Source: an uncultured Bacteroidales bacterium (GTDB lineage Bacteria; Bacteroidota; Bacteroidia; Bacteroidales; DASQZP01). From it: 64,000 nucleotides of DNA. The DNA lies in contig CAWAMZ010000008.1 of NCBI GenBank assembly GCA_963783315.1, forward strand, positions 4,023-68,022, in the 5' to 3' direction. The position numbers were made by a program, and so were the translations under genes. How positions within the stretch are numbered: position 1 is the stretch's first letter; every line of letters starts with the position of its first letter. Under the pieces are notes generated by a model. That model did no database searches and was not told the DNA's origin. It saw nothing but the letters and a program-made list of their open reading frames with translations. This document shows, piece after piece, positions 37,193-47,928 of this stretch.

Positions 37193-37864
37193 ATGGAAAA
37201 AGCAGCAGAACTGATTGATGTAAAGAAAGTGTATCCAAGTGGAAATGAAGAGCTTACCGCACTAAAGAACACATCCTTTTCAATTAACAAAAATGAACTC
37301 GTACTTGTAATAGGACCTTCCGGCTCAGGAAAAACTACTATGCTCTTGTTACTGGGAGGGATTACCAGCCCAACTTCCGGTGAGGTCATAATCATGGGAA
37401 ATAAGTTAAGTACACTGAAAGATAAAGAAAAGACTGCCTTAAGGCTGCATAATATTGGATTTGTTTTTCAGAATATAAACCTGATTAAACCACTAACCAT
37501 AAAGGAAAATGTAGAATTCCCGGCCAGGTTGGTTATGGGGAAATCTGCAATGGCTTCTGATGCGGCAGTTTCAATGATCAAAAAAGTGGGTTTGGAAGAT
37601 AAGCTTAATTCTTTCCCGGCGGAACTTTCCGGTGGTCAACAACAGCGCATTGGTATCGCCCGCGCACTGGTAACCGATCCGGCTATAGTTCTTTGCGATG
37701 AACCGACTGCTTCGCTGGATGGTGAATCATTAAAAGTTGTAATGGAGGAACTCAGAAAATCAGCTGATGAAGGAAAAGCTGTAATAGTTGTTTCCCATGA
37801 TCAGCGGCTGGAACCTTATGCAGACAGGATAATTAAAGTCATTGACGGTACTATTCGCAACTAA
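37193..37864 (+). CDS. ABC exporter ATP-binding protein (DevA/MacB/LolD-like)
   Basis: GPSGSGKTT, LSGGQQQR, IVLCDEPT. Confidence 0.9.
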   Translation: MEKAAELIDVKKVYPSGNEELTALKNTSFSINKNELVLVIGPSGSGKTTMLLLLGGITSPTSGEVIIMGNKLSTLKDKEKTALRLHNIGFVFQNINLIKPLTIKENVEFPARLVMGKSAMASDAAVSMIKKVGLEDKLNSFPAELSGGQQQRIGIARALVTDPAIVLCDEPTASLDGESLKVVMEELRKSADEGKAVIVVSHDQRLEPYADRIIKVIDGTIRN

Positions 37865-37904
37865 TTTTACCCCGTTAACAACCATAAAAAATATAAAATT
37901 GTAT

Positions 37905-38870
37905 ATGAGAAAGAGAATTATCGAAGGAATAACCGGATGCCTGATGGTCCTGAGCATTGCAGCCTGCGGTTCGGATACTGCTACGGATAAGGATACAAAT
38001 AATTCTCAGGTAAGTATAGATTCAGTTGAAATTGTATCCGGGTTTGGCCAGGTTAAGCCCTTGCATAACCTTATCACTCTTACTTCTGAAACCAACGGAG
38101 TTGTATCCAGACTGTTGAGGGAAGAAGGTGATAGTGTTCGTGCACAGGATACATTGATTGTATTGGAGCATAAGGCTCAGTCGGCAGACATTGAAAAACT
38201 GGCAGCGGAAATTCAAACACAGGAATCGGTAATAAAAAGCGCTGAAATAAAAGTCCGTCTTGCCCGTGACCAGCTGGAAAACAAGAAAGCTCATTATGAA
38301 AGGATCAAAAATGCTTTTGAAGATAATTCGGAAAGCAGGCAAAAAATGGATGATGCCAGGCTGGCCTGGCAGGAAGCAGAAATCAATCTTCAGTCAGCCG
38401 TTTCAAACAGTGAAACAGAACAACAGCGGTTGGCATCTTTACGTATTGACCTGAAAAAGAGTCGGATAATATTATCAAACTATTTTATAACTGCACCTTC
38501 TGACGGTGTAATTTATAACCTGAATGTTGTTCAGGGCGATCCCGTAACTGCCTACGAAGTAGTTGGTGAATTTTCTGCTCAGGGTCCTTTAAGTATTAAA
38601 GCAGAGATAGATGAATTGTTTGCGCCACTCATAAAGAACGGACAGCAGGCTGAAATTATTCCGTATGGCAGAAATGATACAATTGCAGAAGGACATATAG
38701 TATATGCATCACCCGGACTAAGACAAAAATCAATATTCTCTGAACAACCAGCTGAATTTACCGACAGGAGAGTAAGGGAAATCCGAATAAAAATTGACAG
38801 GGCGAATCGCCGGATACTGATTGGTGAACGGGTAAATGTAATTATAAACCTTAAAAAAGGAACCAAATGA
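37905..38870 (+). CDS. HlyD/DevB-family periplasmic adaptor lipoprotein
   Basis: Lipobox LSIAACG, coiled-coil hairpin and beta-barrel segments. ATG at 37905; the track start at 37842 is TTG inside the ATPase gene. Confidence 0.8.
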   Translation: MRKRIIEGITGCLMVLSIAACGSDTATDKDTNNSQVSIDSVEIVSGFGQVKPLHNLITLTSETNGVVSRLLREEGDSVRAQDTLIVLEHKAQSADIEKLAAEIQTQESVIKSAEIKVRLARDQLENKKAHYERIKNAFEDNSESRQKMDDARLAWQEAEINLQSAVSNSETEQQRLASLRIDLKKSRIILSNYFITAPSDGVIYNLNVVQGDPVTAYEVVGEFSAQGPLSIKAEIDELFAPLIKNGQQAEIIPYGRNDTIAEGHIVYASPGLRQKSIFSEQPAEFTDRRVREIRIKIDRANRRILIGERVNVIINLKKGTK

Positions 38871-39982
38871 TCAAAATTGCTTACCGGTTTATGATCTACG
38901 ACAAGTCGAAAACAATTGGTGCCATGGTGGGAGTAATTGTCGCAATATTCCTGATCGGTCAGCAAACAGGTATATTCTTTTTTCTTACCGGTCTGATGTC
39001 TTCAATAGTTGATAATTCACAGGCCCAGGTATGGGTCGTTGGAGAAAACGTGAAAGATGCTAATAACCTAACTACTATCGACACACGAAAAGGAAGTGAG
39101 CTTCAGTCATTAAAAGGTATTAAAGAAGTTTATCCGGTAATTATAACCGGATCAACCATGAAACTAAACAATGGTAAGACAACTCCTGTGCAGATAATCG
39201 GTTCTCAGGCCCCATCATTTATTGGTGGTCCATGGAGAATTGCGAAAGGCAAAAAAAGCGACCTGCTCAACCATGGTGCCATCGCTGCCGATGTTTTCGA
39301 TCTCCGCAACCTTGGAAAACTGAATATTGGCGATCAGGTTGAGATAAGTGGCCATCTGCTGGAGTTACGGGTACTTACCAAGGGAGCCAGAGGTTTCGGA
39401 GCCAATTATATTTTTACTGATTTATCACTTGCAGCAACCCTGGGTAATTTTCCGGCTAACCAGGTAAGTGCATACCTCGTTAAACCAGGGAAAGGAGCAT
39501 CCGCAACCGCAATTGTGAATCAGATAAACAACACATTAACAGGTGTAAGAGCCTGGACGAAAGAAGATTTTAGCAAACAAACAGTAAAAACAATCTTAAA
39601 GGACGGAGGAATTGGACAGTCAGTAGGTTCCCTGATAATTTTCGCCATAATTGCCGGAGGGGTTATTATCGGTTTAACACTCTATTCGGCAGCTATCGAC
39701 CGGATTGATGATTATGCCACCATGAAGGCAATCGGTACTGAACGCAACTATGTCAGCCGTCTCATTCTCCTGCAGGCATTCATTATTGCTGTTATCGGCT
39801 TTATTATAGGAGCTTTGCTCATTGAAGGTTTCAGGGTGGCCGTTGAAAATTCTGGTTTACAATTTTCATTTTCCTTTTTTATATGGGTGGTCTTCTTTCT
39901 GCTAACCCTGCTGATCTCCCTTACAGGGGCCTACTTCGCCTCCAGAAGCATCCGCAATGTTGAACCATCAAAAGTATTTTGA
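38867..39982 (+). CDS. FtsX/DevC-family ABC exporter permease
   Basis: 371 aa. MacB-like periplasmic domain between TM1 and TM2, C-terminal FtsX helices. ATGA overlap with the adaptor gene. Confidence 0.8.
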   Translation: MIKIAYRFMIYDKSKTIGAMVGVIVAIFLIGQQTGIFFFLTGLMSSIVDNSQAQVWVVGENVKDANNLTTIDTRKGSELQSLKGIKEVYPVIITGSTMKLNNGKTTPVQIIGSQAPSFIGGPWRIAKGKKSDLLNHGAIAADVFDLRNLGKLNIGDQVEISGHLLELRVLTKGARGFGANYIFTDLSLAATLGNFPANQVSAYLVKPGKGASATAIVNQINNTLTGVRAWTKEDFSKQTVKTILKDGGIGQSVGSLIIFAIIAGGVIIGLTLYSAAIDRIDDYATMKAIGTERNYVSRLILLQAFIIAVIGFIIGALLIEGFRVAVENSGLQFSFSFFIWVVFFLLTLLISLTGAYFASRSIRNVEPSKVF

Positions 39983-39988
39983 TCAGTT

Positions 39989-41335
39989 ATGAAAATAGTT
40001 AAAACAACAGTAACATTTTGCCTGACCTTATTCTGTTCACTGTCAGCGTTTTCACAAGACACAATAATTTTTAATCTGAACCAGGTCATCCAGTACGGTT
40101 TACAACATAATACCAGCGTCATCAATGCTGCAGAAGAAATTACCTACCAGCAAAAACAAACCAAAGTAACTCAGAGTAATTACCTACCACAAGTAACTTC
40201 CTCGGCTGATTACCGGTATAATATCAATCTGCCTGTGAGCATTCTGCCTGGTGATGTATTCGGGCAGCCGAATAATACACCACTTGAAATACAGATGGGA
40301 ACAAAGAATGCGCTGCAGGCTGGCATAAATATTACCCAGCCACTACTTGCTCCGACAGTGATTGCAGATCTTAACACCTCGGTTGTTAATGAAAAAGTAG
40401 CTGAAAATCAGCTTGCTTCCACGAGAAAAAACACTGCTCTGAATATTAAATCAGCCTATTTCAATGTATTGCTGGCTGCTGAAAATGTTAAAGTATCATC
40501 TTCAGTGTATAACCTTTATCTGCAATTGGTTGAAATTACAAAATCCAGGTATAAAAATCACCTTATCACAGAACAGGATTACCAGCGTATATTGAATAAA
40601 ATGCACAATCAAAAGACGCAGGTTAGTATTGACAGCCTTTCCAGGGAAAATGCCCTCGATGAATTAAAGCTTAAGATGAATTATCCGCGGGAAAAAACCT
40701 TACTGGTCGCGGATTCTTCTCTGCTTAACCTGGCAGACTTGCAATACGAAAATTATGTCAAGTCCTATGATATTCATAAAATTCCTGATTATCAGACGGT
40801 AAAACTTCAGCTGGATCTAAATTATGCTGAGCAGGAAAAAATTAAGAAAGAATACCTGCCTTCCTTAAATGCCTATGGATTTTTAGGCACCCAATATTAT
40901 GATGCGGTTTTTCAACCCTTTCAGCATGATTTGAGATGGCATAAACAAAGTTATATTGGTATGCAGCTAAAAGTTCCTGTTTTTGACGGACTAAGTAAAA
41001 AAAGAGAAAAAGAGTCTCTGTTGATAAATATGGATAAACTGAACAGAAAAAAGGAAGCACTGGAGGCGACTATTGATCAGCAAGCTGATATTTTAAAAAA
41101 TAAGATTGATATTTCTTTGCGTTCAGCGTATGTGAAAAAGAGTGATTTTAATATCTCTAAAACTGATTATGAGATCACTGTCAAAAACTATAGAACAGGT
41201 CTGGCTGATTTGAGTGATGTGGTCAATGCGGAATTGGACATGAATATGAAAAGACAGACTTATTTAAATGCACTGTTTCAGGTACTGCAGGCTGAAATGA
41301 ATTATGAAAATCTCACAGCCAGCTATGATATGTAA
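39989..41335 (+). CDS. TolC-family outer-membrane efflux protein
   Basis: 448 aa. Signal peptide and a two-repeat OEP architecture. Confidence 0.85.
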   Translation: MKIVKTTVTFCLTLFCSLSAFSQDTIIFNLNQVIQYGLQHNTSVINAAEEITYQQKQTKVTQSNYLPQVTSSADYRYNINLPVSILPGDVFGQPNNTPLEIQMGTKNALQAGINITQPLLAPTVIADLNTSVVNEKVAENQLASTRKNTALNIKSAYFNVLLAAENVKVSSSVYNLYLQLVEITKSRYKNHLITEQDYQRILNKMHNQKTQVSIDSLSRENALDELKLKMNYPREKTLLVADSSLLNLADLQYENYVKSYDIHKIPDYQTVKLQLDLNYAEQEKIKKEYLPSLNAYGFLGTQYYDAVFQPFQHDLRWHKQSYIGMQLKVPVFDGLSKKREKESLLINMDKLNRKKEALEATIDQQADILKNKIDISLRSAYVKKSDFNISKTDYEITVKNYRTGLADLSDVVNAELDMNMKRQTYLNALFQVLQAEMNYENLTASYDM

Positions 41336-41357
41336 AAATATCTCCTGCACAACAAAA

Positions 41358-41381
41358 AAACGCGGTGGTTACCGCGTTTTA
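41358..41381. terminator. Bidirectional Rho-independent terminator between convergent genes
   Basis: A-run, ACGCGGT-GGTT-ACCGCGT, then TTTT. Confidence 0.8.
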
Positions 41382-41410
41382 TAATTTACATTCAATTATT
41401 TACTTGAAAA

Positions 41411-42106
41411 TTACCTTATGAGTGCCGGTATCGTTGGATTTTTCTTGAAATTAAAGTCTACTGGTATCACAACCCATGCTGATACGGCTACTCCATTTAC
41501 CATACCTGGTTTCCAATTACCGGAACTGGCTTTTACCGCTTTAACAGCTTCTTTTTTCATTTCATTGACATAATTGCCATATGGCGACTCGATATCTTCA
41601 GAACCTACTGCATATGGAATTTCGCCTTGTGAATTTACAACAAATTTAACATAAACAGTACCCTCCACACCAGCATTTTTGGCATCCTGAGGATAAACAA
41701 GGTTATTATTCAGGTTTTCATAAAATGGCCGGTAACCATTTTCCGGTTCAGGTTCATTGTCAACAGAATAATATACTCCCGTACGGCTGGGCAATCCAAG
41801 CATTGCTTCCTTGTTCTTTTTAAGATCATAGAGAAGTACTTTCAGCCTTGATTTGTCCACCTCATTATTTACCCCGTTTACTTCAACATCAGTAACTTTA
41901 CCATCATTATACACATATTTATAGGAGAAGTCGGGATACGCTGAAAGAATACTGTATATCTGCATATACATATCTTCACTCTTATCCTCTAATTGTTCAA
42001 GGGTTCTGAAATCATTTAAATTCTGAGCCATTCCCGTACCTGTTAAAACCATCAGGAAAGTGGCAGTAAAAAGCATAAATTTCTTAAAACTAACTGACTT
42101 TTTCAT
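41411..42106 (-). CDS. TonB C-terminal-domain protein
   Basis: Signal/anchor sequence. C-terminal EGTVYVKFVVNSQGEI ... GVAVSAWVVIPVDF. Confidence 0.7.
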   Translation of the reverse strand: MKKSVSFKKFMLFTATFLMVLTGTGMAQNLNDFRTLEQLEDKSEDMYMQIYSILSAYPDFSYKYVYNDGKVTDVEVNGVNNEVDKSRLKVLLYDLKKNKEAMLGLPSRTGVYYSVDNEPEPENGYRPFYENLNNNLVYPQDAKNAGVEGTVYVKFVVNSQGEIPYAVGSEDIESPYGNYVNEMKKEAVKAVKASSGNWKPGMVNGVAVSAWVVIPVDFNFKKNPTIPALIR

Positions 42107-42629
42107 AATGTATTTTTTTTGAAATTCAACAATTATTGCAATGGTAATTTGTAATCAATTATACATCTGATTATTATGATCTGAAAAATATAATTTTCTG
42201 ATCATTTTATTTTGATAATACTTATGAAAAGGGTGTGCCAAAAACAATCCACCAAGGTCAAATTTAACCTTCAATATTAGAAATGAGCGAAATTTCAGCA
42301 AATTTGAAGAATATTAAACAAAGGATTTGAATCATGGAAAAATTTTCTATACTGTAGAATGATTTCTACATGAAAACATGTTTAACATATGATTTTACAA
42401 CAGAGTATTTTATGGATAATAAAATCGATGAGAAATATCCCTCACTAAAAAATTCTATAATTGAATTTTAGCTTACTTAATGCGAATATAACAGGAAGAA
42501 TAGATTTCAATTTTATTCGGAAAAACCAACCTGAAAATAAAACTACTCAATTAAAGCTTTTTTGGCATGGTTGTTTCATTAACAGATATGAAAACTGGAA
42601 GTGTTAATTCATAAAAAACAAATAAAATT

Positions 42630-43166
42630 ATGACAAAATTTAAAAATAATACAATAGCAATACTTGCAACAGATGGTTTTGAAGAGATTGAACTAACGGC
42701 TCCCAGAGACGAATTAATGGCCCGTGGGATCAAAGTTCACATTGTTTCAGATAAGCCAGTTATTAAATCCTGGAAACACAGAGACTGGGGAAGTGAATTT
42801 TCGACCGACCGGCTGCTTGACGGTGCAGACGCAAGTGAATATGATGCACTGATTTTACCCGGAGGTGTGGTCAATCCCGATCTTTTAAGAAGAAATAAAA
42901 AGAGTGTTGATTTTATCAGGGCCTTTTCAGAGCAAAACAAAATGATTGCCGCTATATGCCATGGCCCTCAAATGCTTATTGAAGCCGAACTTGTAAAAGA
43001 CAGGGAATTGACTTCATTTTACTCAATCCGGAAAGATCTTATTAATGCCGGGGCTCAATGGAAAGATGAACCGGTTGTTGTCGATGGGAATCTGATTACA
43101 AGCCGTAATCCTGATGACATCCCGGCATTTATGAAAAAAATAATTGACAAATTAAAAGTTGAATAA
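42630..43166 (+). CDS. DJ-1/PfpI-family protein
   Basis: 178 aa. AAICHGPQML nucleophile-elbow motif. Confidence 0.9.
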   Translation: MTKFKNNTIAILATDGFEEIELTAPRDELMARGIKVHIVSDKPVIKSWKHRDWGSEFSTDRLLDGADASEYDALILPGGVVNPDLLRRNKKSVDFIRAFSEQNKMIAAICHGPQMLIEAELVKDRELTSFYSIRKDLINAGAQWKDEPVVVDGNLITSRNPDDIPAFMKKIIDKLKVE

Positions 43167-43252
43167 AACTGTTGGGCTGATTGAACAGCTTTAACTATTC
43201 ACAGAAAATTTTGTTAATACATTACGCCAAAACAGTAAAAAGAACCGTAAAT

Positions 43253-45091
43253 ATGATATCAATCGGAGCGGAATACCTGGGAGGAAACCGGTGCAGATTT
43301 GCAGTATGGGCACCCATTCCGGATCAGGTAAAATTAAAAATAGAATATCCTGAAACCAGAGTTCTTTCCCTGGAGAGAGATGATGAAGGGTACTGGAGTG
43401 GTACATTTGATAGCATCCCTCCGGGAACAGGTTATTATTTTGATATTGACGGAGCACTCCATCCCGATCCTGTTTCACATTTTCAGCCTGAAGGTGTTCA
43501 CGGCCCTTCCATGGTAATCGATCATTCTTCTTTTAACTGGAGTGACCTGGAATGGAAACCGCAGGCATTGCGTGATATGATCATGTATGAATTGCATACC
43601 GGCACTTTCTCTGAGACTGAAGATTTCGCCGGGATAATTGGCCACCTCTCATATTTAAAAGAGCTGGGCATCAATGCTATTGATATAATGCCTGTTGCAC
43701 AGTTTCCCGGAAACAGAAACTGGGGATACGATGGCGTCTATCCTTTTGGTGTCCAAAACTCATACGGGGGACCCGACGGATTAAAAAAACTGGTCGACGA
43801 AGCTCACCGTGCAGGTATTGCAGTGATTCTTGATGTAGTATATAACCATCTGGGTCCTGAAGGAAACTATCTTGCTATGTACGGCCATTATTTTACCGAT
43901 CAGTATAAAACACCCTGGGGAAAAGCTTTAAATTTTGACGATGCATGGTCCGACCATGTAAGAAACTATTTCATCAGCAATGCCCTTTACTGGTTCAGGA
44001 ATTATCATATCGACGGATTGCGGCTTGACGCTGTTCATGCGATTAATGATCAGAGTGCCTATCCCTTTTTGCATGAACTGGCAGATCATACTAAAAAATT
44101 TTCGCAGGAAACCGGAAAAAAGCATTATTTAATTGCTGAAAGTGCTCTCAATGATACTAAAATAATCAGATCGGAAAACACAGGAGGTTTTGGAATTGAC
44201 AGTCAGTGGAGCGATGATTTTCACCATGCAGTGCACGCATTGCTCACAGGTGAAAAAAATGGTTATTATACCGACTACGGGAAAAAAGAACATTTTGTAA
44301 AAGTTTTACAGAAAGGTTATACCTATACGGGTGAATATTCAGAATTCAGAAAGAGAAAATTTGGAAATTCGCCTGCAATACTTGATCCTGAACAATTCGT
44401 ATTCTTCGTTCAAAATCACGATCAGACAGGCAACCGGATGCTGGGTGAACGATTAAGCCAGCTGGTAAATCCTGAAGCGCTGAAACTGGCTGCTGCTTCT
44501 CTTCTGCTTTCTCCATATGTTCCAATGCTTTTTATGGGGGAAGAATGGGGTGAAGATATTCCATTTCAGTATTTTGTTTCCCACAATGATCCGGGACTGA
44601 TTGAGGCTGTGAGAAAAGGCCGGAAAGAAGAATTCAGGGCATTTGGCTGGAAAGGAGAAATTCCGGATCCACAATCAGAAGAAACCTTCAAGGCTTCAAA
44701 ACCCGACTGGCAGAAACCTGTTTCCGGTAAATACAAACTGATGCTTCGGTTTTACAGGCATTTGATTGAGCTGCGAAAAAAGGATCTTCTGCTTGGACAC
44801 TCGGGTAAAAATAATTTTTCGGTCCGGTCGCATGATACCAGGAATTTAATTTATATTCACCGGAAGGCTGCAAACAAACAAGCTGGAATATTTTTGAATT
44901 TTGATTCAGAAGTTGTGGCCTCAGATTATCTGCCTGGTACGGAGACCTGGAAAAAGTTGCTGGATACAGCTGAACTAAGCTGGGGAGGACCAGGCAGCAA
45001 TCTCCCGGATATAATTAAAAAACATACAGTATTAAATTTCAACCCGTATTCATTAGTTGTTTACGAAAAAACAGAAAATAAGAATGAATAA
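43253..45091 (+). CDS. treZ: Malto-oligosyltrehalose trehalohydrolase (GH13)
   Basis: GH13 regions DVVYNHLGPEG, GLRLDAVHA, IAESALND, FVQNHDQ. ATG at 43253; the track start at 43181 is TTG. Confidence 0.85.
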   Translation: MISIGAEYLGGNRCRFAVWAPIPDQVKLKIEYPETRVLSLERDDEGYWSGTFDSIPPGTGYYFDIDGALHPDPVSHFQPEGVHGPSMVIDHSSFNWSDLEWKPQALRDMIMYELHTGTFSETEDFAGIIGHLSYLKELGINAIDIMPVAQFPGNRNWGYDGVYPFGVQNSYGGPDGLKKLVDEAHRAGIAVILDVVYNHLGPEGNYLAMYGHYFTDQYKTPWGKALNFDDAWSDHVRNYFISNALYWFRNYHIDGLRLDAVHAINDQSAYPFLHELADHTKKFSQETGKKHYLIAESALNDTKIIRSENTGGFGIDSQWSDDFHHAVHALLTGEKNGYYTDYGKKEHFVKVLQKGYTYTGEYSEFRKRKFGNSPAILDPEQFVFFVQNHDQTGNRMLGERLSQLVNPEALKLAAASLLLSPYVPMLFMGEEWGEDIPFQYFVSHNDPGLIEAVRKGRKEEFRAFGWKGEIPDPQSEETFKASKPDWQKPVSGKYKLMLRFYRHLIELRKKDLLLGHSGKNNFSVRSHDTRNLIYIHRKAANKQAGIFLNFDSEVVASDYLPGTETWKKLLDTAELSWGGPGSNLPDIIKKHTVLNFNPYSLVVYEKTENKNE

Positions 45092-47525
45092 ATATGTTTG
45101 TGTACACGGCCATTTTTACCAGCCTCCGAGGGAAAATCCCTGGCTGGAACAAATTGAGCAACAAGATTCAGCCTATCCTTTTCATGACTGGAATGATAAA
45201 ATTACTGATGAATGTTACGAACCCAATACAGCATCAAGAATTTTGTCCCAGGATAACAAGATCATTGAAATTGTAAACAATTACTCAAAGATCAGCTTTA
45301 ACTTTGGTCCCACGCTCTTATCATGGATTGAGAAACATAATAAGGAAGTATACAATGCAATACTTGACGCTGACAAAAAGAGCCAGGAAAACTTTGCCGG
45401 CCATGGTTCAGCGATGGCACAGGGCTATAACCACATGATATTACCACTCGCCAATGAGCGGGACAAGCGCACCCAGGTATTATGGGGTATCCGTGATTTT
45501 GAATCACGTTTTGATCGTAAACCTGAAGGTATGTGGCTACCGGAGACAGCTGTTGATACCGATACACTTGAGATACTTGTTGAATATGGTATAAAATTTA
45601 CCATACTTGCTCCCAATCAGGCCAGTCATTTTAAGAAAACTGCGGATAAAGACTGGATTGACCTTAATGGAAATGAGATTGATCCCAGGCGACCCTATCT
45701 GTACAATCTTCCCTCAGGAAAAAGTATTGTACTTTTCTTTTACGATGGTGCAGTATCCAATTCTCTGGCTTTTCAGGGATTATTAGGCAGCGGAAAAGCA
45801 TTTGCTGACAGAATGCTGGATGTTTTTGACCAAAATAACGGAAATGACCAGTTATCCCATGTTGCCACCGATGGCGAATCCTACGGACACCATCACCGTC
45901 ATGGTGATATGGCACTGGCCTTTTGCCTCCATTATATTGAGAAGAATAACGATGCAACACTGACTAATTACAGTGCTTACATGGAAAAAGTACCACCTGA
46001 ATATGAAGTAAAGCTCCATGAAAACAGTTCCTGGAGTTGTGCCCATGGGGTTGAAAGGTGGAAGAGTAATTGTGGCTGTAAAGCAACCGATGATCCTAAT
46101 ATTACCCAGGAATGGCGAACACCACTCAGGGAAGCACTTGACTGGTTGAGAGATAAGCTCGCGGAAATTTTCACAAGCGAACTGGATGATCTGATTGTTG
46201 ATCCATGGCTGGCAAGAAATGATTACATTAAAGTAATCCTTAACCGGACAGATGAACAACTAAAGCAGTTTTTCACTGACCATGCCACTCGGGACCTCAA
46301 TCATGATGAACAGGTTAAAATCCGTAAACTCATGGAGATGGAACGACATACCATGCTGATGTACACCAGTTGTGGCTGGTTCTTTAATGATATCTCCGGG
46401 ATTGAAACGGTTCAGATCATACAATATGCAGCAAGGGCAATCCAATTGGGTCAGGATTATACTGAAGAGGAGCTGGAAACTGGATTTCTGGCTATCCTGG
46501 AAAAAGCTGAGAGTAATTTTCCGAAATTTGTGAATGGAAAAGTGATCTATGAGAAATTCATTAAACCGGGTGTAGTTGATCTGATGAGGGTTGGTGCGCA
46601 TTATGCCATCTCCTCACTCTTCCATGAATATCCGAAGAACACATCAATCGATGCATACATTGCCGATTCACTAGCTTTCAATAAAAGAGAGGCCGGAGAG
46701 CAAAAAATGGGAGTTGGGAAAACTACCATCACTTCGCGTATCACAGGAGAAGAAAAAACCATGACTTATGCAGTGCTGCATCTGGGAGGCCATAATGTAC
46801 TCGGAGGCATACGTGAATTTAGTGAGGAGGAAAGCTATGTGCAAATGCATGAGGAACTGAAGGAAGCCTTTATTAAAAGTGATATTATACAAATCATCCA
46901 TTTGCTTGACAGGCATTTTGGGACCCACAGCTATTCATTCTGGCACCTCTTTAAAGACGAGCAGCGTAACATAATCCGCCAGCTTGTTGCTGAACAACTT
47001 GATACAGTAAGGGCAACTTTCAGACAAATATTCAATAATAACTACGGGCTGATGAAAGTGCTCATGGATCTTGACATTCCCATGCCCGATGCACTTGCTG
47101 TTACAGGTGAGTTTATCCTGAATTCAGATTTCAACGAGCAAATTGAAGATGATCACCTTGACATTAAAGAATTGCGCAGGATCACCATGGAGATGAATAA
47201 TTTCTCTTTTAATCCTGATAAAAAAACACTGAGCTTCTACCTGAACAAAAAGATTAAAAATCTAATGGATAATGTGTATGAACATCCTGAGGATGTCTCG
47301 CGAATCCGGGTGCTGGACAAACTGTTTTCTGTTCTCAGAAAGCTGGACCTGGATCTGGATTTGTGGAAATCTCAAAACACTTATTACCGGTTATGGAAGA
47401 ATAAAACCGCCGATATCAGGAAGAAGGCAGTAGCCGGAGATAAAGATGCAGACAGGTGGCTGGGACATTTTTACAACCTGGGACGCTATATGAATGTAAA
47501 GGTAGAAGAAGATAAAATTCAATGA
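45084..47525 (+). CDS. GH57-family alpha-glucan-active enzyme with a long C-terminal domain
   Basis: GH57 regions HGHFYQPPREN, GMWLPETAV, ATDGESYGHH. ATG at 45084 overlaps the treZ stop (ATGAATAA). Confidence 0.85.
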   Translation: MNKYVCVHGHFYQPPRENPWLEQIEQQDSAYPFHDWNDKITDECYEPNTASRILSQDNKIIEIVNNYSKISFNFGPTLLSWIEKHNKEVYNAILDADKKSQENFAGHGSAMAQGYNHMILPLANERDKRTQVLWGIRDFESRFDRKPEGMWLPETAVDTDTLEILVEYGIKFTILAPNQASHFKKTADKDWIDLNGNEIDPRRPYLYNLPSGKSIVLFFYDGAVSNSLAFQGLLGSGKAFADRMLDVFDQNNGNDQLSHVATDGESYGHHHRHGDMALAFCLHYIEKNNDATLTNYSAYMEKVPPEYEVKLHENSSWSCAHGVERWKSNCGCKATDDPNITQEWRTPLREALDWLRDKLAEIFTSELDDLIVDPWLARNDYIKVILNRTDEQLKQFFTDHATRDLNHDEQVKIRKLMEMERHTMLMYTSCGWFFNDISGIETVQIIQYAARAIQLGQDYTEEELETGFLAILEKAESNFPKFVNGKVIYEKFIKPGVVDLMRVGAHYAISSLFHEYPKNTSIDAYIADSLAFNKREAGEQKMGVGKTTITSRITGEEKTMTYAVLHLGGHNVLGGIREFSEEESYVQMHEELKEAFIKSDIIQIIHLLDRHFGTHSYSFWHLFKDEQRNIIRQLVAEQLDTVRATFRQIFNNNYGLMKVLMDLDIPMPDALAVTGEFILNSDFNEQIEDDHLDIKELRRITMEMNNFSFNPDKKTLSFYLNKKIKNLMDNVYEHPEDVSRIRVLDKLFSVLRKLDLDLDLWKSQNTYYRLWKNKTADIRKKAVAGDKDADRWLGHFYNLGRYMNVKVEEDKIQ

Positions 47526-47603
47526 AGAATTGAGCCACAAAAAGTGAATTGATTATCAAAAAACAGATTAGAATTTAGTTACACTAAATAAATTTTATTA
47601 ACA

Positions 47604-47864
47604 ATGGAAGCAAATCTAGAAAAACTGAGAAGTGCATGTTTAAATGCCACAACTGCCCTTTCAAAATTAAATGATCCTGCTTACCAGGATATTCAGTCTA
47701 AACTTGAATATTGTATCGGGAGCTTTGATTTCGATAAGAATCCAAGCGGATTGTACGATGCTGCCAATGAAGCTTATAAAAGTCTGCAGAAGGCAAAACA
47801 AAAATATCCGCGAAAATTCAACAAGAAGATAATAACTGATCTGGAAAAAAGCCTGCAGACCTGA
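47604..47864 (+). CDS. Small helical protein of unknown function inside the trehalose cluster
   Basis: 86-aa ORF with no recognisable motif. Position only. Confidence 0.4.
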   Translation: MEANLEKLRSACLNATTALSKLNDPAYQDIQSKLEYCIGSFDFDKNPSGLYDAANEAYKSLQKAKQKYPRKFNKKIITDLEKSLQT

Positions 47865-47928
47865 AAATTTATAAGTCTGCTTTTACTGATAAACGGGAAT
47901 ACACTTATTCCCGCTAAAAAACTATTGC

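Noticed and set aside
43181-43252. N-terminal extensions suggested by the ORF track (also at 37842, 45057, 63580, 62181, 55480, 26953, 25879, 22929, 58037)
   Set aside because: The extensions mostly begin at TTG or GTG, often overlap the upstream gene, and add sequence not expected for the family. The exceptions I checked are 62181, which is an ATG but overlaps the upstream gene by 98 nt, and 55480 and 58037, whose start codons I did not check. Internal ATGs placed just after, or overlapping, the upstream stop codon give family-typical N-termini.
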